Positions 47,468 through 57,411 are shown, counted from the stretch's first letter. The stretch: 64,000 nt of DNA from Candidatus Obscuribacterales bacterium (GCA_965228855.1 CBDDIJ010000003.1:3072001-3136000); one strand, 5' to 3'. The notes: generated from the sequence alone by a model not told the origin. Numbers and translations: made by a program.

Positions 47468-50173
47468 TCAATCGTCGTCGACAAAGCCTAGCTTCGTTGC
47501 TTTTGTTCGCGCTTGCTTTGCCTTGGTTTTCTTACCGAGAGCTTCGTAACAGCGCGCAATGACATCGTAGATATCCGGATATTCAGGGGCAATATCCTGG
47601 CCCTCTAACGCCAGTGCAAGCGCAGCCTCGGCGTCGCCCGAGTCTAACTTGATCCTCGCCATCGTGTCGTACGGAGCAGGATCTTCAGGATCCAATTCCA
47701 GTGCGAGTGTGCAATCTTTCTGCGACTCGGTGAAGTTGCCCATCTTGTAATGCTCCCAGGCGCGGGAGACGTAATACTCAGAGCATGATTCGTCGTATTC
47801 TATGGCTGTATTAAAGTCTTGAAGGGCTTCTTCACGCAGCTTCATTCGGCTGCGCACAAAGCCTCGGCAGTAATATGCATCTGCAAAAGTGTCATCTAAC
47901 GAAATTGCTTCGTCGAGATTTTCAAGCGCTTGCGGAAACCGCTCCATCGCTTGCAGGCACCATGCCCGACTCAAGTACCAGTCCGCTTCCGTTGGCACAA
48001 GCTCAATCGCGCGATTGTACTGGCTGACGGCACTGGCGTAATCCTCAGCTGCCATGTGAGCATAAGCAGCGCCGGCGTATGACTGCGCATGATCGGGATT
48101 TATGTCTAACGCATGAGCGAAGTCATCCAGAGCATTGCCTAACTCGCCTTTCTGAGTATAGATCGCGCCCCGGTTGTAGTAGTGACCTTCTTCCTCCGGC
48201 TCCAAACTGATCACAGCTGTTGCGTCAGCCAGCGCCTTATCCCATTCTCCGATAGCTTCATAAGAAGCGGCACGAGCTTGCAATAAAACAGAATTCATCG
48301 GTTCGCGCTTCAAACCTTTTTCGAATTGCAAAACCGCTTTTTCGTGCAGTCCAAGATCCTGATAGAGAGCGCCCCTTCTTGCAAAGCTTTCCGTGGGGTC
48401 GACTAAACTTAATTGGCTGAGATTGACCTGTTTGATCGACTCCGGTTCTTTCCAATCAACATCCGGATACTGGACAGGCTGCTCTCCGCGCAGCCAGGCT
48501 TCCTCAGCTTTGACTCGTTCAACGCGACCCTCGTCAAACCGAGATAGTTTATCCAATGCTTCGCTTTTCAGATCATACGCCGCAGCAAATGATGGAAGCA
48601 GTTTCAACGCCTCATCAGCCGCTTGAATCGCGTCTTCGTACTCACTGAGTTTGAATAAAACGCGCGAGCGCAACTCGAACAATGTCGGTCGTGTCGGTGC
48701 GATCGATTCTACGCGGCTCAGCTGTTCAAGAGCCGATGCATGATCGCCTAACTTGTCGAACTCCCATGCACGTGCTTCGAGATACTCGGCTTTGTCCGGA
48801 GCCATGAGCACCAACCTGCTATAGTCGCTCAATGCACGCTCATGTTCACCCATGTGACTGAGGATGTGACCGCGCTCGTAGTAGGCGTCGAGATAGTTGG
48901 GATTGAGCGCGATAGCACGATTCAGGTCGTTCATCGCAGTTTCGAAATCGCCGATGTGGTGACTGCAAACAGCACGGTAATAATGCAGGTAATCACTCTC
49001 GTTATTTTCTTCCAGCAGGGCATCAAGTTCAACTTTCGCCCGTCCGTAGTCTTGACGAGCAATGTAGAGAACAGCATAGCCCCAGCGTACGCGCAAATCC
49101 TTATCATCGAGATTCTCGGCGCTCTCGAGATCCGCTTCGCCTTGCTCGAAATTGCCCTTATCGATTTGCACAAGAGCTCGACGATAATATGCGTCGATGT
49201 CGTCAGGTTGAGAATCTATTGCCTTTGCGAGATCTGCCAGTGCATTATCCATTTCTCCAAGAGCGCCGTATAAAGCGGCTCTTGCCTTAAGAATGTCGGT
49301 TGTTCCAGCAATCTTGTCGAGTAGTCCGGTCAAAATTTCAAGGTCACGGCGCAACTCTCGCGGACTGATTTTGCTGAAGTCTTCACAAGCAAGAATGTCT
49401 TCGACGTTAACAACACTCGCGCGAATTTGCTCGAGATCGGCTTGGATAGACTCGTCCACCTCACGGTCGGACGGACACAACATCACAAATTGACTGAAAC
49501 TTTCCGGACCGTTCGCTTCGCCTGGCCACTGGAAATCCACAAGCGATTTGAGCGCTTCCGCGTCCTTGTTATCATCGATTGCGACGTAACCGGAAATGTC
49601 GGCTTCGCTTCGAGCCAGCAATAGCTCGACCCAATGTACACGCCGCTCGTTAAGATAACTGGCGATAGAATCCATGCAAAGTGTGATGGGGAGTTCTTTC
49701 TTAATGTACGCGAGCAGCTTATCGGCACCGGAACCTTCAACGCGGTAGGGGCCGAGAAACACATCCCAGGCGATAAATTTACCATCGCATAGTGACGTAA
49801 GTCTGGCAGTGTCTACCGAATCTGCGTCTTTTTTCTTCTCCGCCTTCTCCGACTCGGGACCGAGTGCCGCACGAAATACAGGCCAGATGTGCTCGGCGTA
49901 ACTGCCTACCGCTTCGAGTACTGACTCGTCCTCAGTTTCACCATGTCCGGTCGCAGACAAAGTTATCTTGAGCGAAGATTCCCGCGCGGCCAGGAAAAGC
50001 ACCTTTGATTTGTAATTTCCGCGGATTGAATTGTCGACGTGTTCTACGAAACACGTGATATCGAGAGCGTCTACGCCGGTATGGACAACTCCACCGCTGT
50101 ACTGTGCATCAAGCCCATCTTTGTTGAGGCGCTCAACAAGCGCGTTTGATGCGAGTGTTTCCAGTCGAGTCAT
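47468..50173 (-). CDS. Cytoplasmic TPR-repeat protein with N-terminal globular domain (possibly DUF6348-like)
   Basis: About 270-aa non-repeat N-terminus (WDVFLGP, VHWVELLL) then two long TPR blocks; no signal peptide. Confidence 0.8.
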   Translation of the reverse strand: MTRLETLASNALVERLNKDGLDAQYSGGVVHTGVDALDITCFVEHVDNSIRGNYKSKVLFLAARESSLKITLSATGHGETEDESVLEAVGSYAEHIWPVFRAALGPESEKAEKKKDADSVDTARLTSLCDGKFIAWDVFLGPYRVEGSGADKLLAYIKKELPITLCMDSIASYLNERRVHWVELLLARSEADISGYVAIDDNKDAEALKSLVDFQWPGEANGPESFSQFVMLCPSDREVDESIQADLEQIRASVVNVEDILACEDFSKISPRELRRDLEILTGLLDKIAGTTDILKARAALYGALGEMDNALADLAKAIDSQPDDIDAYYRRALVQIDKGNFEQGEADLESAENLDDKDLRVRWGYAVLYIARQDYGRAKVELDALLEENNESDYLHYYRAVCSHHIGDFETAMNDLNRAIALNPNYLDAYYERGHILSHMGEHERALSDYSRLVLMAPDKAEYLEARAWEFDKLGDHASALEQLSRVESIAPTRPTLFELRSRVLFKLSEYEDAIQAADEALKLLPSFAAAYDLKSEALDKLSRFDEGRVERVKAEEAWLRGEQPVQYPDVDWKEPESIKQVNLSQLSLVDPTESFARRGALYQDLGLHEKAVLQFEKGLKREPMNSVLLQARAASYEAIGEWDKALADATAVISLEPEEEGHYYNRGAIYTQKGELGNALDDFAHALDINPDHAQSYAGAAYAHMAAEDYASAVSQYNRAIELVPTEADWYLSRAWCLQAMERFPQALENLDEAISLDDTFADAYYCRGFVRSRMKLREEALQDFNTAIEYDESCSEYYVSRAWEHYKMGNFTESQKDCTLALELDPEDPAPYDTMARIKLDSGDAEAALALALEGQDIAPEYPDIYDVIARCYEALGKKTKAKQARTKATKLGFVDDD

Positions 50174-50532
50174 CTAAATCCTCTTCATCCCGAACTAATC
50201 GCGAATTTCGGGGAATTACCAATCCCATATTGTACGTTCAGTTGCACATTTGGGGGCGCTTATGGTCCTTTAATTGTAAACTGGACGAGCTTTCAGCGGT
50301 CGTTTTCAAGCCAAATTTTGACCTCAACGGCACGAATCTCATGAATTCAATCCAGTCAATATCGGCGGTGCCGGTTCTTCACGGACTGAAAGAGCCGGTC
50401 TGCTTATTATTAAGCTGAGTTTGATCGCTTGAAACCCGGAGCGCCCTGATTCCAAGGGGACGTTTCAAAAGCTAGCCGATGCATGTGCAGAAGGCAGGTT
50501 GAAACGATCGGCACTGGCGGTTTAATGACGGT

Positions 50533-51243
50533 TTACTGATACGGGGTGAAGAGGAACGACCAAACCGCTCCAAGGATTCCCATCACGACAAATAAAACGA
50601 TTCCGGCTTTCCATAAAGTGGTCCTGCTCGCGAACCGCCTTATCGTCTGAGTCCAGGTCTCGTTTACTGATGAACTATGTCCAAGAGCGACATAAATCAG
50701 AATAGGCCAGCAGAATGGGAGCCACGCAAAAAAATTACCAAAGAGAATCCAATTCCTCTTCGGATGCGAGTCTCTAAACGCTATAAAAGACGGCAAGAAC
50801 GTCCAGAATACTAAAAGCAGAACCCCAAGAATACCGATGGCAGCCACAGCTGCAAGAACGAACCAGAGATAACTTTCTCCGCAGCTTACGGTTATCCAAT
50901 TTATTACGCCAGGAGCGGCCAGACCCAGAATCGGATAGATAATCATCAGAGAGAAAAACAGTTTGGCAATACTGCCTCTTTTCCGAAGAACAGCTGCAAT
51001 TGCGCCCCAGAAGAACTCACCGGCAGCAGTGAAAGCAAGAATTTCAAAACTGTTGGCGATTATGTTTATCAGCGCCTCTAAATTGGCACTATCTCTCGAT
51101 AACTCGCTGGCGGCGCGAGCGGAGTTTACTGACTGCTCCACGTCAAACGAACCGGTGTTCGGTGTCCCAGCGAAAGCCGTCCCGGCTGCAAAACATGCAA
51201 GTGGAATCGCCATAGCAAGAATCCAAACAATTCGCCGGTGCAT
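50533..51243 (-). CDS. Multi-TM membrane protein with C-terminal superinfection immunity (T4 Imm-like) domain
   Basis: FLPSFIAFRDSHPKRNWILFGNFFAWLPFCW matches the Imm pattern FLP.IIA..R.H....I...N....W...W; signal peptide from ATG 51243. Confidence 0.7.
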   Translation of the reverse strand: MHRRIVWILAMAIPLACFAAGTAFAGTPNTGSFDVEQSVNSARAASELSRDSANLEALINIIANSFEILAFTAAGEFFWGAIAAVLRKRGSIAKLFFSLMIIYPILGLAAPGVINWITVSCGESYLWFVLAAVAAIGILGVLLLVFWTFLPSFIAFRDSHPKRNWILFGNFFAWLPFCWPILIYVALGHSSSVNETWTQTIRRFASRTTLWKAGIVLFVVMGILGAVWSFLFTPYQ

Positions 51244-51326
51244 TCGAAAGCCTTCTACAAATCTATAAACCTGATTGCTAATATACACTGAAATTCGCCG
51301 ATCCTGCCCAACAGCCGCCCCCCCCC

Positions 51327-53036
51327 TTACCGACAGAGCGGTTCGAATCCAGCCAGACTTTCCAAAGCTGTTTGAACCTCAACAACGCTCTTGAATCGTT
51401 CACGCTCATCCAACTGCGTACATCGAGCCACGATCGCATCGAGTTCTTCACTCACATGCGATGCGACAGACTTCGGATGAGAAACCGATAGCGGCTCAGG
51501 GTCCAGACCTGTGAGCATGAAGTACAACGTCGCGCCCATGGCATAAATATCGCTAGCCGGCGTCGCCATCCCCCGCAGTTGCTCGGGTGGAACGTACGAC
51601 TGTTTCCCAACAATGGTTCCAGTCATCGTGTTCTCAGCTTGTTGAGCCACGTTGAAATCTACGAGTTTTAAAACGTCATCATCTCCAAGAATCAGATTGT
51701 CCGGCGCAAAGTCCCGATGCACCACGGACGGTTTCTGACCATGAAGATAGTTGAGCACATCGAGCATTTGACTCAAGAGGTTTAAAACGCGCGACTCGGT
51801 CAATGCACCACCAGCGGTGACAATTTGCTTGAGTGATTCACCATGCACCCGTTCCATGACAAGATATCCACGATGGTCTTCAACAAAACAATCGTTCAAC
51901 TTCACGACGCGCTCGTGATCGAGTTTCTTCAGCAAATCCGCTTCATCGAGGAATGAACGGAGCGCGGCTTTACGCGAATTCGAGTCAACATAGAGCGGCA
52001 AAACAAACTCTTTTACAACAAGAGAAAGTTTTTGTCCGGAGTCGGTAGAGTCCGTTTTAATCTTATCTCCAACTTCAGCTATGTAGGCTGTGCCCTGGCC
52101 GCCGACGCCGAGTTGCCCGGCAATCAAATACATTCCGTCGCGCAACTGCTTCCCTTCAGGAAGCGGTTCCAGAGATTCTCGCTTTGACGGGGCGGTCAGC
52201 GCCTGAAGCCACAACTCGGTGTAAGTGCTGGAAGCGGTTGCGGACAAAATTTCCACAACTTCCGGTGGCATCGTATTTGGTGGCGCGTAACGTTCCAAAA
52301 GCTCACCAAGCTTATGACGCGTTTCCAACCTGTCAACGTTCCTGAGATCAATGGTAAACCTGTTTTCATTGGCAGCATTAGCAGGCTCAATCATGCGGTA
52401 AAGCACACGAGGCTGAGAGTAGACAATATCGATTTTTCCGTCAGGCGACTCTGTGCCTCCTTCCCTGCGGAGGCGGATTCCAATTACCTCCGACCATGCG
52501 ACTAGAGGTCCAGCACGCTGCAAGCCGAAAAAGCCCCAGGTGAGGCTTAACCCGGCTTTGCTGAAGCAAAGGCTGGAAGGCGACTTCATCAACTGAAATA
52601 GCAACAGTGCGAACGCACAAATGGAAAGAATACCCACGACCATAAATACAGAATTCGAATTTGAGAAGCTGGTCGCAGTCCAAAGAAAATCGATACAACC
52701 TCTCATTGCATTGTCGAGAGGCGAGTTATTCGCCATAAACGTCACATATTCATTGGCTCTTTTTCCAAAGTCGCTTTCCAGAAACTTTTGCGAAAACTGC
52801 CCTATCATGGGAATTTGCGATAGTAAAAAGAGCGGCAGCCGCACGCAAACATTGAGAATTATCCCTGACGAGAAAAACACAATCAGCGAAACAGAAACAA
52901 TCCAGATCCAGAAGAACTTGCGTTGTCGGAGAGCAAACCGTGATACTACCCACGACACCATACGCTTGCGCGAGTGATTTGGAACGACCAGCTCATCGTT
53001 CTCACCATCTTCTCTCAACTGCAATTCATTTTCCAC
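51327..53036 (-). CDS. Membrane-anchored Hanks-type protein kinase (N-terminal TMs, PH-like domain, C-terminal kinase)
   Basis: LGVGGQGTAY, VVKE, HRDFAPDN, VDFN, GKQSYVPPEQ, SDIYAMG. Confidence 0.9.
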   Translation of the reverse strand: MENELQLREDGENDELVVPNHSRKRMVSWVVSRFALRQRKFFWIWIVSVSLIVFFSSGIILNVCVRLPLFLLSQIPMIGQFSQKFLESDFGKRANEYVTFMANNSPLDNAMRGCIDFLWTATSFSNSNSVFMVVGILSICAFALLLFQLMKSPSSLCFSKAGLSLTWGFFGLQRAGPLVAWSEVIGIRLRREGGTESPDGKIDIVYSQPRVLYRMIEPANAANENRFTIDLRNVDRLETRHKLGELLERYAPPNTMPPEVVEILSATASSTYTELWLQALTAPSKRESLEPLPEGKQLRDGMYLIAGQLGVGGQGTAYIAEVGDKIKTDSTDSGQKLSLVVKEFVLPLYVDSNSRKAALRSFLDEADLLKKLDHERVVKLNDCFVEDHRGYLVMERVHGESLKQIVTAGGALTESRVLNLLSQMLDVLNYLHGQKPSVVHRDFAPDNLILGDDDVLKLVDFNVAQQAENTMTGTIVGKQSYVPPEQLRGMATPASDIYAMGATLYFMLTGLDPEPLSVSHPKSVASHVSEELDAIVARCTQLDERERFKSVVEVQTALESLAGFEPLCR

Positions 53037-53040
53037 GAGT

Positions 53041-54534
53041 CTATTTGCTCACTCCAGCCGCTTGAGTGCGAGCGCTCGAAATCCGCTGAAGACGAGATAG
53101 AAGGTCTTCTGCACTTGTCGGTCGTCCGTCGATTTCCTGAGCGGTACAATCGCTGACCAGTTTATCCAGCGACTCTGAAACGTTTGCATTAATCGACGCC
53201 GGTTTCATAACGCTCATCGCCAGAGGATTCTTTCCGGTTAACAGGAAATATAACGTTCCACCGAAAGAATAGATATCGCTGGATGGCTTCGCCTTGCCGC
53301 GAAACTGCTCCGGCGAGATGAACGCCTGCTTACCGACTACAGTTCCTGTGACTGTTCCTAAAAACTGGTTGGCGGCGCCAAAGTCTATGAGATGAATTTT
53401 GCCATCATCAGCCAGAATCAAATTCTCGGGAGTCAAATCGCGGTGCACTATCGGCGGTTGTTGATGGTGAAGAAACACCAGAATCTCGGCAATCTCCTCT
53501 GCCCATTTCAAAACGATTTCCTCAGTTTGAGGACCTTCAGAATTTACTACCTGGCGGAGGTTTCGCCCAGTGATTCGTTCAAGCAAAAGATAGTGCCGGT
53601 CTTGCTCGACGAAGTAGTCGTAAACGCGAGCAATGCGCGGATGCTCGAGCAGTGAAAGAAATCGCGCTTCTCTCTCAAACATCTCCAGAGCCTTCGCCTT
53701 CATCGACTCATCCTGATTTGCCGGCACCACGGCTTCTTTCAGAATAAGCAGTTCACGTCCACCGCGTTGAACGAGATATACAGCAGCCAGTCCTCCAAAA
53801 GCCAGCTGCCGAACCACTTTCAGCTTGCCATTTTGCAAAGTCGAATCCGGCTCAAGGGGTATAAACACCGTAGCGTGAAAGCGATTTGTCAATTCGCTCT
53901 CCCACACTTCAGTGTAACTGAGCTTGCCCGTCTCACGACTGGCATTGCCAACCCAGTCCCTGAGCTCCACTATGTTCATCGCTACCGCGTCCCTTTTTGC
54001 AAAGACTTCGCAGGCAAGCAAAAACTTTTCCAATTCTCCTTTTTCAAAACCTTTTACGCCAACGTCGACAAAGCCACTCATATCCAGGTTTACGCGCTCT
54101 CCCGATGCAAACTCTAAAACGATATCGCCGTACAATTCATCAGACTTTTCATCGTACTTTTTCAATTCGATTCGCTCGACTTCAGACCACAGTCGACGTC
54201 GCCGAAAGCGCAGATAGGGACTCATGAAAAGTGGGAAGGTTATGCCGTCTTTCGAGATCCATATTTGATCGTCGGCCGCGACACCGGTAATCCACAAGAG
54301 AAATACCATGGCTGAAACAGCCATCGCCAGCGCAGCCGCAATGTACAAAACGCCGTCCAAAACCGGCGCTCCGATGGCTAGCTCGAAAAAAAGAAAAAGT
54401 GTATACACGCTCAATCCAAAAACGGTAAGCCCCAGAGGCACCGTCAGCAGTGGCACAACGCCGGACCACGCGGCAAAGCCGATCTTAAGTACCGGCGGCT
54501 TATATCGCACAATTCGGGCTAGTTCATCAGACAT
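53041..54534 (-). CDS. Membrane-anchored Hanks-type protein kinase (paralogous architecture)
   Basis: LAFGGLAAVY, ILKE, HRDLTPEN, IDFG, GKQAFISPEQ, SDIYSFG. Confidence 0.92.
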   Translation of the reverse strand: MSDELARIVRYKPPVLKIGFAAWSGVVPLLTVPLGLTVFGLSVYTLFLFFELAIGAPVLDGVLYIAAALAMAVSAMVFLLWITGVAADDQIWISKDGITFPLFMSPYLRFRRRRLWSEVERIELKKYDEKSDELYGDIVLEFASGERVNLDMSGFVDVGVKGFEKGELEKFLLACEVFAKRDAVAMNIVELRDWVGNASRETGKLSYTEVWESELTNRFHATVFIPLEPDSTLQNGKLKVVRQLAFGGLAAVYLVQRGGRELLILKEAVVPANQDESMKAKALEMFEREARFLSLLEHPRIARVYDYFVEQDRHYLLLERITGRNLRQVVNSEGPQTEEIVLKWAEEIAEILVFLHHQQPPIVHRDLTPENLILADDGKIHLIDFGAANQFLGTVTGTVVGKQAFISPEQFRGKAKPSSDIYSFGGTLYFLLTGKNPLAMSVMKPASINANVSESLDKLVSDCTAQEIDGRPTSAEDLLSRLQRISSARTQAAGVSK

Positions 54535-54553
54535 GGCGTTATCGCACCGCTAA

Positions 54554-55915
54554 CTAGTCCTGCCAGAGCAAGTCGGTATCATCCTCATCGTCGCTGGACA
54601 TCTTTTTCTGCAGCGACGCGTAGCGAGCCATAAGTGATGCCACTTCCGGATGTTCGGACCCAAGAGCCTTCTCACTCAAGCCCAAGCCCCAGCGGTATAA
54701 GCGATCGGCTTCCTCGAAGTTCTGCTGATCCTCGTACAGCTCAGCCAAACTTTGAAGCGACTTTGCCACACTCGGGTGCTCAGGTCCAAGATTCTCCTGC
54801 ACTATAGATAGTGCGCGCCAGTAATGCTGCTCCGCTTCGTTGTACTTTTGTTGATCGCGGTAAACCTCGGCAAGTGAGTTGAGAACCTCAGCAACGTGCA
54901 TGTGTTTCGGACCCCAATCTTTGGTTCGAATTTCAAGCAACGTTTTATACAACGGTTCAGCTTGATCGTATCGACACTGGATGTGGAACAACAAAGCCAA
55001 ATTTCCCAGAGTTTGTGCGGTACTTGGATGCTCCAGCCCGAGAACTGTTTGACGAATTTTAAGAGCACGCCAGTGAATTTTTTCTGCTTTTGCAAAATCG
55101 CCCATCATGCGATAGAGCTCGGCTTGATAGTTCAAAAGTGTCGCAACACTCGGATGATCTGCGCCCCACTCCTCTTCACACAGCTTCAATGCTCGAATGT
55201 AAAGCGGCTCGGCCTTTGCATGATCGCCGTCGGCATGATGCAGCAAGGCGAGATTCTGCAATAAGGGACCGATGCTTGGATCGTCGGGACCGACCACCAA
55301 CTCCCTGACCGAAATCGACTTTCGGAAAAGCGGCTCGGCTTGATCGAATTTGCCGTGCGCGCGATAGAAATCAGCCAGGTTTTCCAGAGTCATTCCGAGG
55401 GCAAGCTTGTCGCAGTCCTCATGCGCTTCGTAGATGGTCAACGCCCTTCTGAAATAAGGCTCAACCTCCGAAAATTTTCCTTGCGAGCGAAATACTTTGC
55501 CCAGCTTATCGAGAACAGGTGCCAGTTGCAGGTCGTTTACACCAAAACAGGTTTCCTTTACCGATAACGCCAGCTTATACGCCTCTTCAGCCTTGCGGTA
55601 CGCGGCCTGCACCCAGTAAAGATCGCCAAGTTTCACATAAATCTCTCCGAAGCTTGGATGCTCGGACAAATCTACAATCGTTGAATCCGATAGCTTCTGG
55701 CTCGGATGTTCACCGCTTTCGCTGTCGTCGGCAATCAGCATTTGCGAGTCGGCAAGGTCATGCAAAGTTCCCTCTGCAAATTCTTTGCGAGCCTCTATCA
55801 AAGCCTTCTGGTAGAGCTTTTCGGCATCCTCGTAACGCCCGAGCTCGAAAGCTCGGTTGCCTGCCTCAAGATAATTTTTCCAAGTAACGCTGTCGGTGGC
55901 TTGTTCCATAGACAT
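54554..55915 (-). CDS. Kinesin-light-chain-type (42-aa) TPR protein
   Basis: Repeats LG.EHP.VA..L..LA.LY..QG.Y..AE.LY.RAL.I; start uncertain (55915 or 55909). Confidence 0.9.
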   Translation of the reverse strand: MSMEQATDSVTWKNYLEAGNRAFELGRYEDAEKLYQKALIEARKEFAEGTLHDLADSQMLIADDSESGEHPSQKLSDSTIVDLSEHPSFGEIYVKLGDLYWVQAAYRKAEEAYKLALSVKETCFGVNDLQLAPVLDKLGKVFRSQGKFSEVEPYFRRALTIYEAHEDCDKLALGMTLENLADFYRAHGKFDQAEPLFRKSISVRELVVGPDDPSIGPLLQNLALLHHADGDHAKAEPLYIRALKLCEEEWGADHPSVATLLNYQAELYRMMGDFAKAEKIHWRALKIRQTVLGLEHPSTAQTLGNLALLFHIQCRYDQAEPLYKTLLEIRTKDWGPKHMHVAEVLNSLAEVYRDQQKYNEAEQHYWRALSIVQENLGPEHPSVAKSLQSLAELYEDQQNFEEADRLYRWGLGLSEKALGSEHPEVASLMARYASLQKKMSSDDEDDTDLLWQD

Positions 55916-56119
55916 ACGAGAATACACCCTTGACCTCTGTGCGGAGCGGACCTGGGACTCACACAATGGATAGTTATCTAATTCCCTTTATATGCGAACT
56001 TTCCACGGGGCGGCAAACAGTTACTTAACTGACCGTGACTGCCGCAGCTCGGCAAGGACGCAGGATAAGCTGTTTTCATGACTTGCTACCGCTTCAAAGC
56101 ACTTGACGAGGGTTTCCGC

Positions 56120-57097
56120 ATGTTGTTCAAGAGCAAAGTTAAACCGAGCGGCGAAAGAAAGCGCCCGACAGTCAGGTCGGTCGGAATTGAGCTTGTGAAA
56201 CTCAGCCTTCTCGCCGCAATCATCAGCCCCGCCAATTTTTTCCTGACAAATCTGTTGCTGTTTCATCCCGAGAAGGATACCCAGGCGAATCCGCAAGAGT
56301 TAAGCGCCATTAAGAGCAGGTACAACACTAATTGGACGGACGAAACCTTCAAAGCCCAGGATGGAACCAAGCTTCATGGCTGGTACGTTCTAGTTCCCAA
56401 CGCGAAGAAAACCTTTCTCGTCTCTCATGGCAATGCCGGGAATCTTGCGTACAGACTGAAAATCATCAACGCAATCGCCGCAAGCGGCAATTCAGTGTTT
56501 GCCTACGATTATCGTGGTTATGGCAAGAGCGAGGGAGAACCGACTTGCGAAGGCATTGCGGAGGACGGTCTCGGCGCTTACGATTTCCTGGTCAAAGACA
56601 AATCGGTCAAGCCGGAAGACATAGTTTTATACGGCGAATCACTCGGTTGCGCGGTATCCACAATAGTCAGTCAAAATCGCCCAGTTAGCGGTATTGTTTT
56701 GCAATCAGGCTTCAGCACAATTCTGGAAGCAGCCCGTGACCGCCTTCCCTGGTTCAAACTCTATCCGGACGAAACCTTTCCGCAGCGCTTTCTCGATAAC
56801 GTCACCGCTTATAAACAGAAACACCCTCCACTGCTGATCGTTCACGGCATGAAAGATTGGATCCTGCCGTCCAGGTATTCGCAGGAAATCTTTGACGAAG
56901 CCATCGAACCCAAGAAGTTGGTTCTTCTTCCCAACGCATCGCACAATAATGTATTCGAAGCCGACGGCGAAATCGTTGATGGAGCGCTAAGGGACTTCGT
57001 CAATTCTTTGATATCGCAGACAGTGGCTCATAACAAAGCCCTGGAACAACAAATTCCCGCGGTTTGCGCGACCGGAATCGCCACTCCAGGCAAGTGA
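56120..57097 (+). CDS. Alpha/beta hydrolase (ABHD13/Bem46-like)
   Basis: LHGWY, HGNAGN, DYRGYGKSEG, GESLG, LIVHG.KD, ASHNN. Confidence 0.9.
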   Translation: MLFKSKVKPSGERKRPTVRSVGIELVKLSLLAAIISPANFFLTNLLLFHPEKDTQANPQELSAIKSRYNTNWTDETFKAQDGTKLHGWYVLVPNAKKTFLVSHGNAGNLAYRLKIINAIAASGNSVFAYDYRGYGKSEGEPTCEGIAEDGLGAYDFLVKDKSVKPEDIVLYGESLGCAVSTIVSQNRPVSGIVLQSGFSTILEAARDRLPWFKLYPDETFPQRFLDNVTAYKQKHPPLLIVHGMKDWILPSRYSQEIFDEAIEPKKLVLLPNASHNNVFEADGEIVDGALRDFVNSLISQTVAHNKALEQQIPAVCATGIATPGK

Positions 57098-57185
57098 TTA
57101 GCTTACCCGAGGCAATAATTAAGATTTGAACTCCTGGTAATGAGCCCCCGGAAGCCCGTGCTATGCTTGTCAAAAGGAGGCAGGG

Positions 57186-57371
57186 ATGGGCGAACTGGAA
57201 AAGACAGCTACCGAAAAGCCACATGTGAAGCATGACTGGACTTTCTTCTTTTTCATTGCCATCACGTCGCTTCTGATCGCTGCCGCGATCGCATGGGTTT
57301 CAGTGAAATCCGGAATGGTCAGCGCTGAAAATGACATAGATACAACGGTCGTCAATTCACCGGTGCGTTAG
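57186..57371 (+). CDS. Small single-TM protein (61 aa)
   Basis: Strong AAAGGAGG RBS; one hydrophobic helix WTFFFFIAITSLLIAAAIAWVSV. Confidence 0.65.
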   Translation: MGELEKTATEKPHVKHDWTFFFFIAITSLLIAAAIAWVSVKSGMVSAENDIDTTVVNSPVR

Positions 57372-57411
57372 TCATAAGACCAAAGAATTTTTGCCACCGT
57401 ATTCGGTGCGA

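Noticed and set aside
50174..55966. Prophage or genomic island around the Imm-like gene
   Set aside because: No integrase, phage structural genes, att-like repeats or tRNA target seen.
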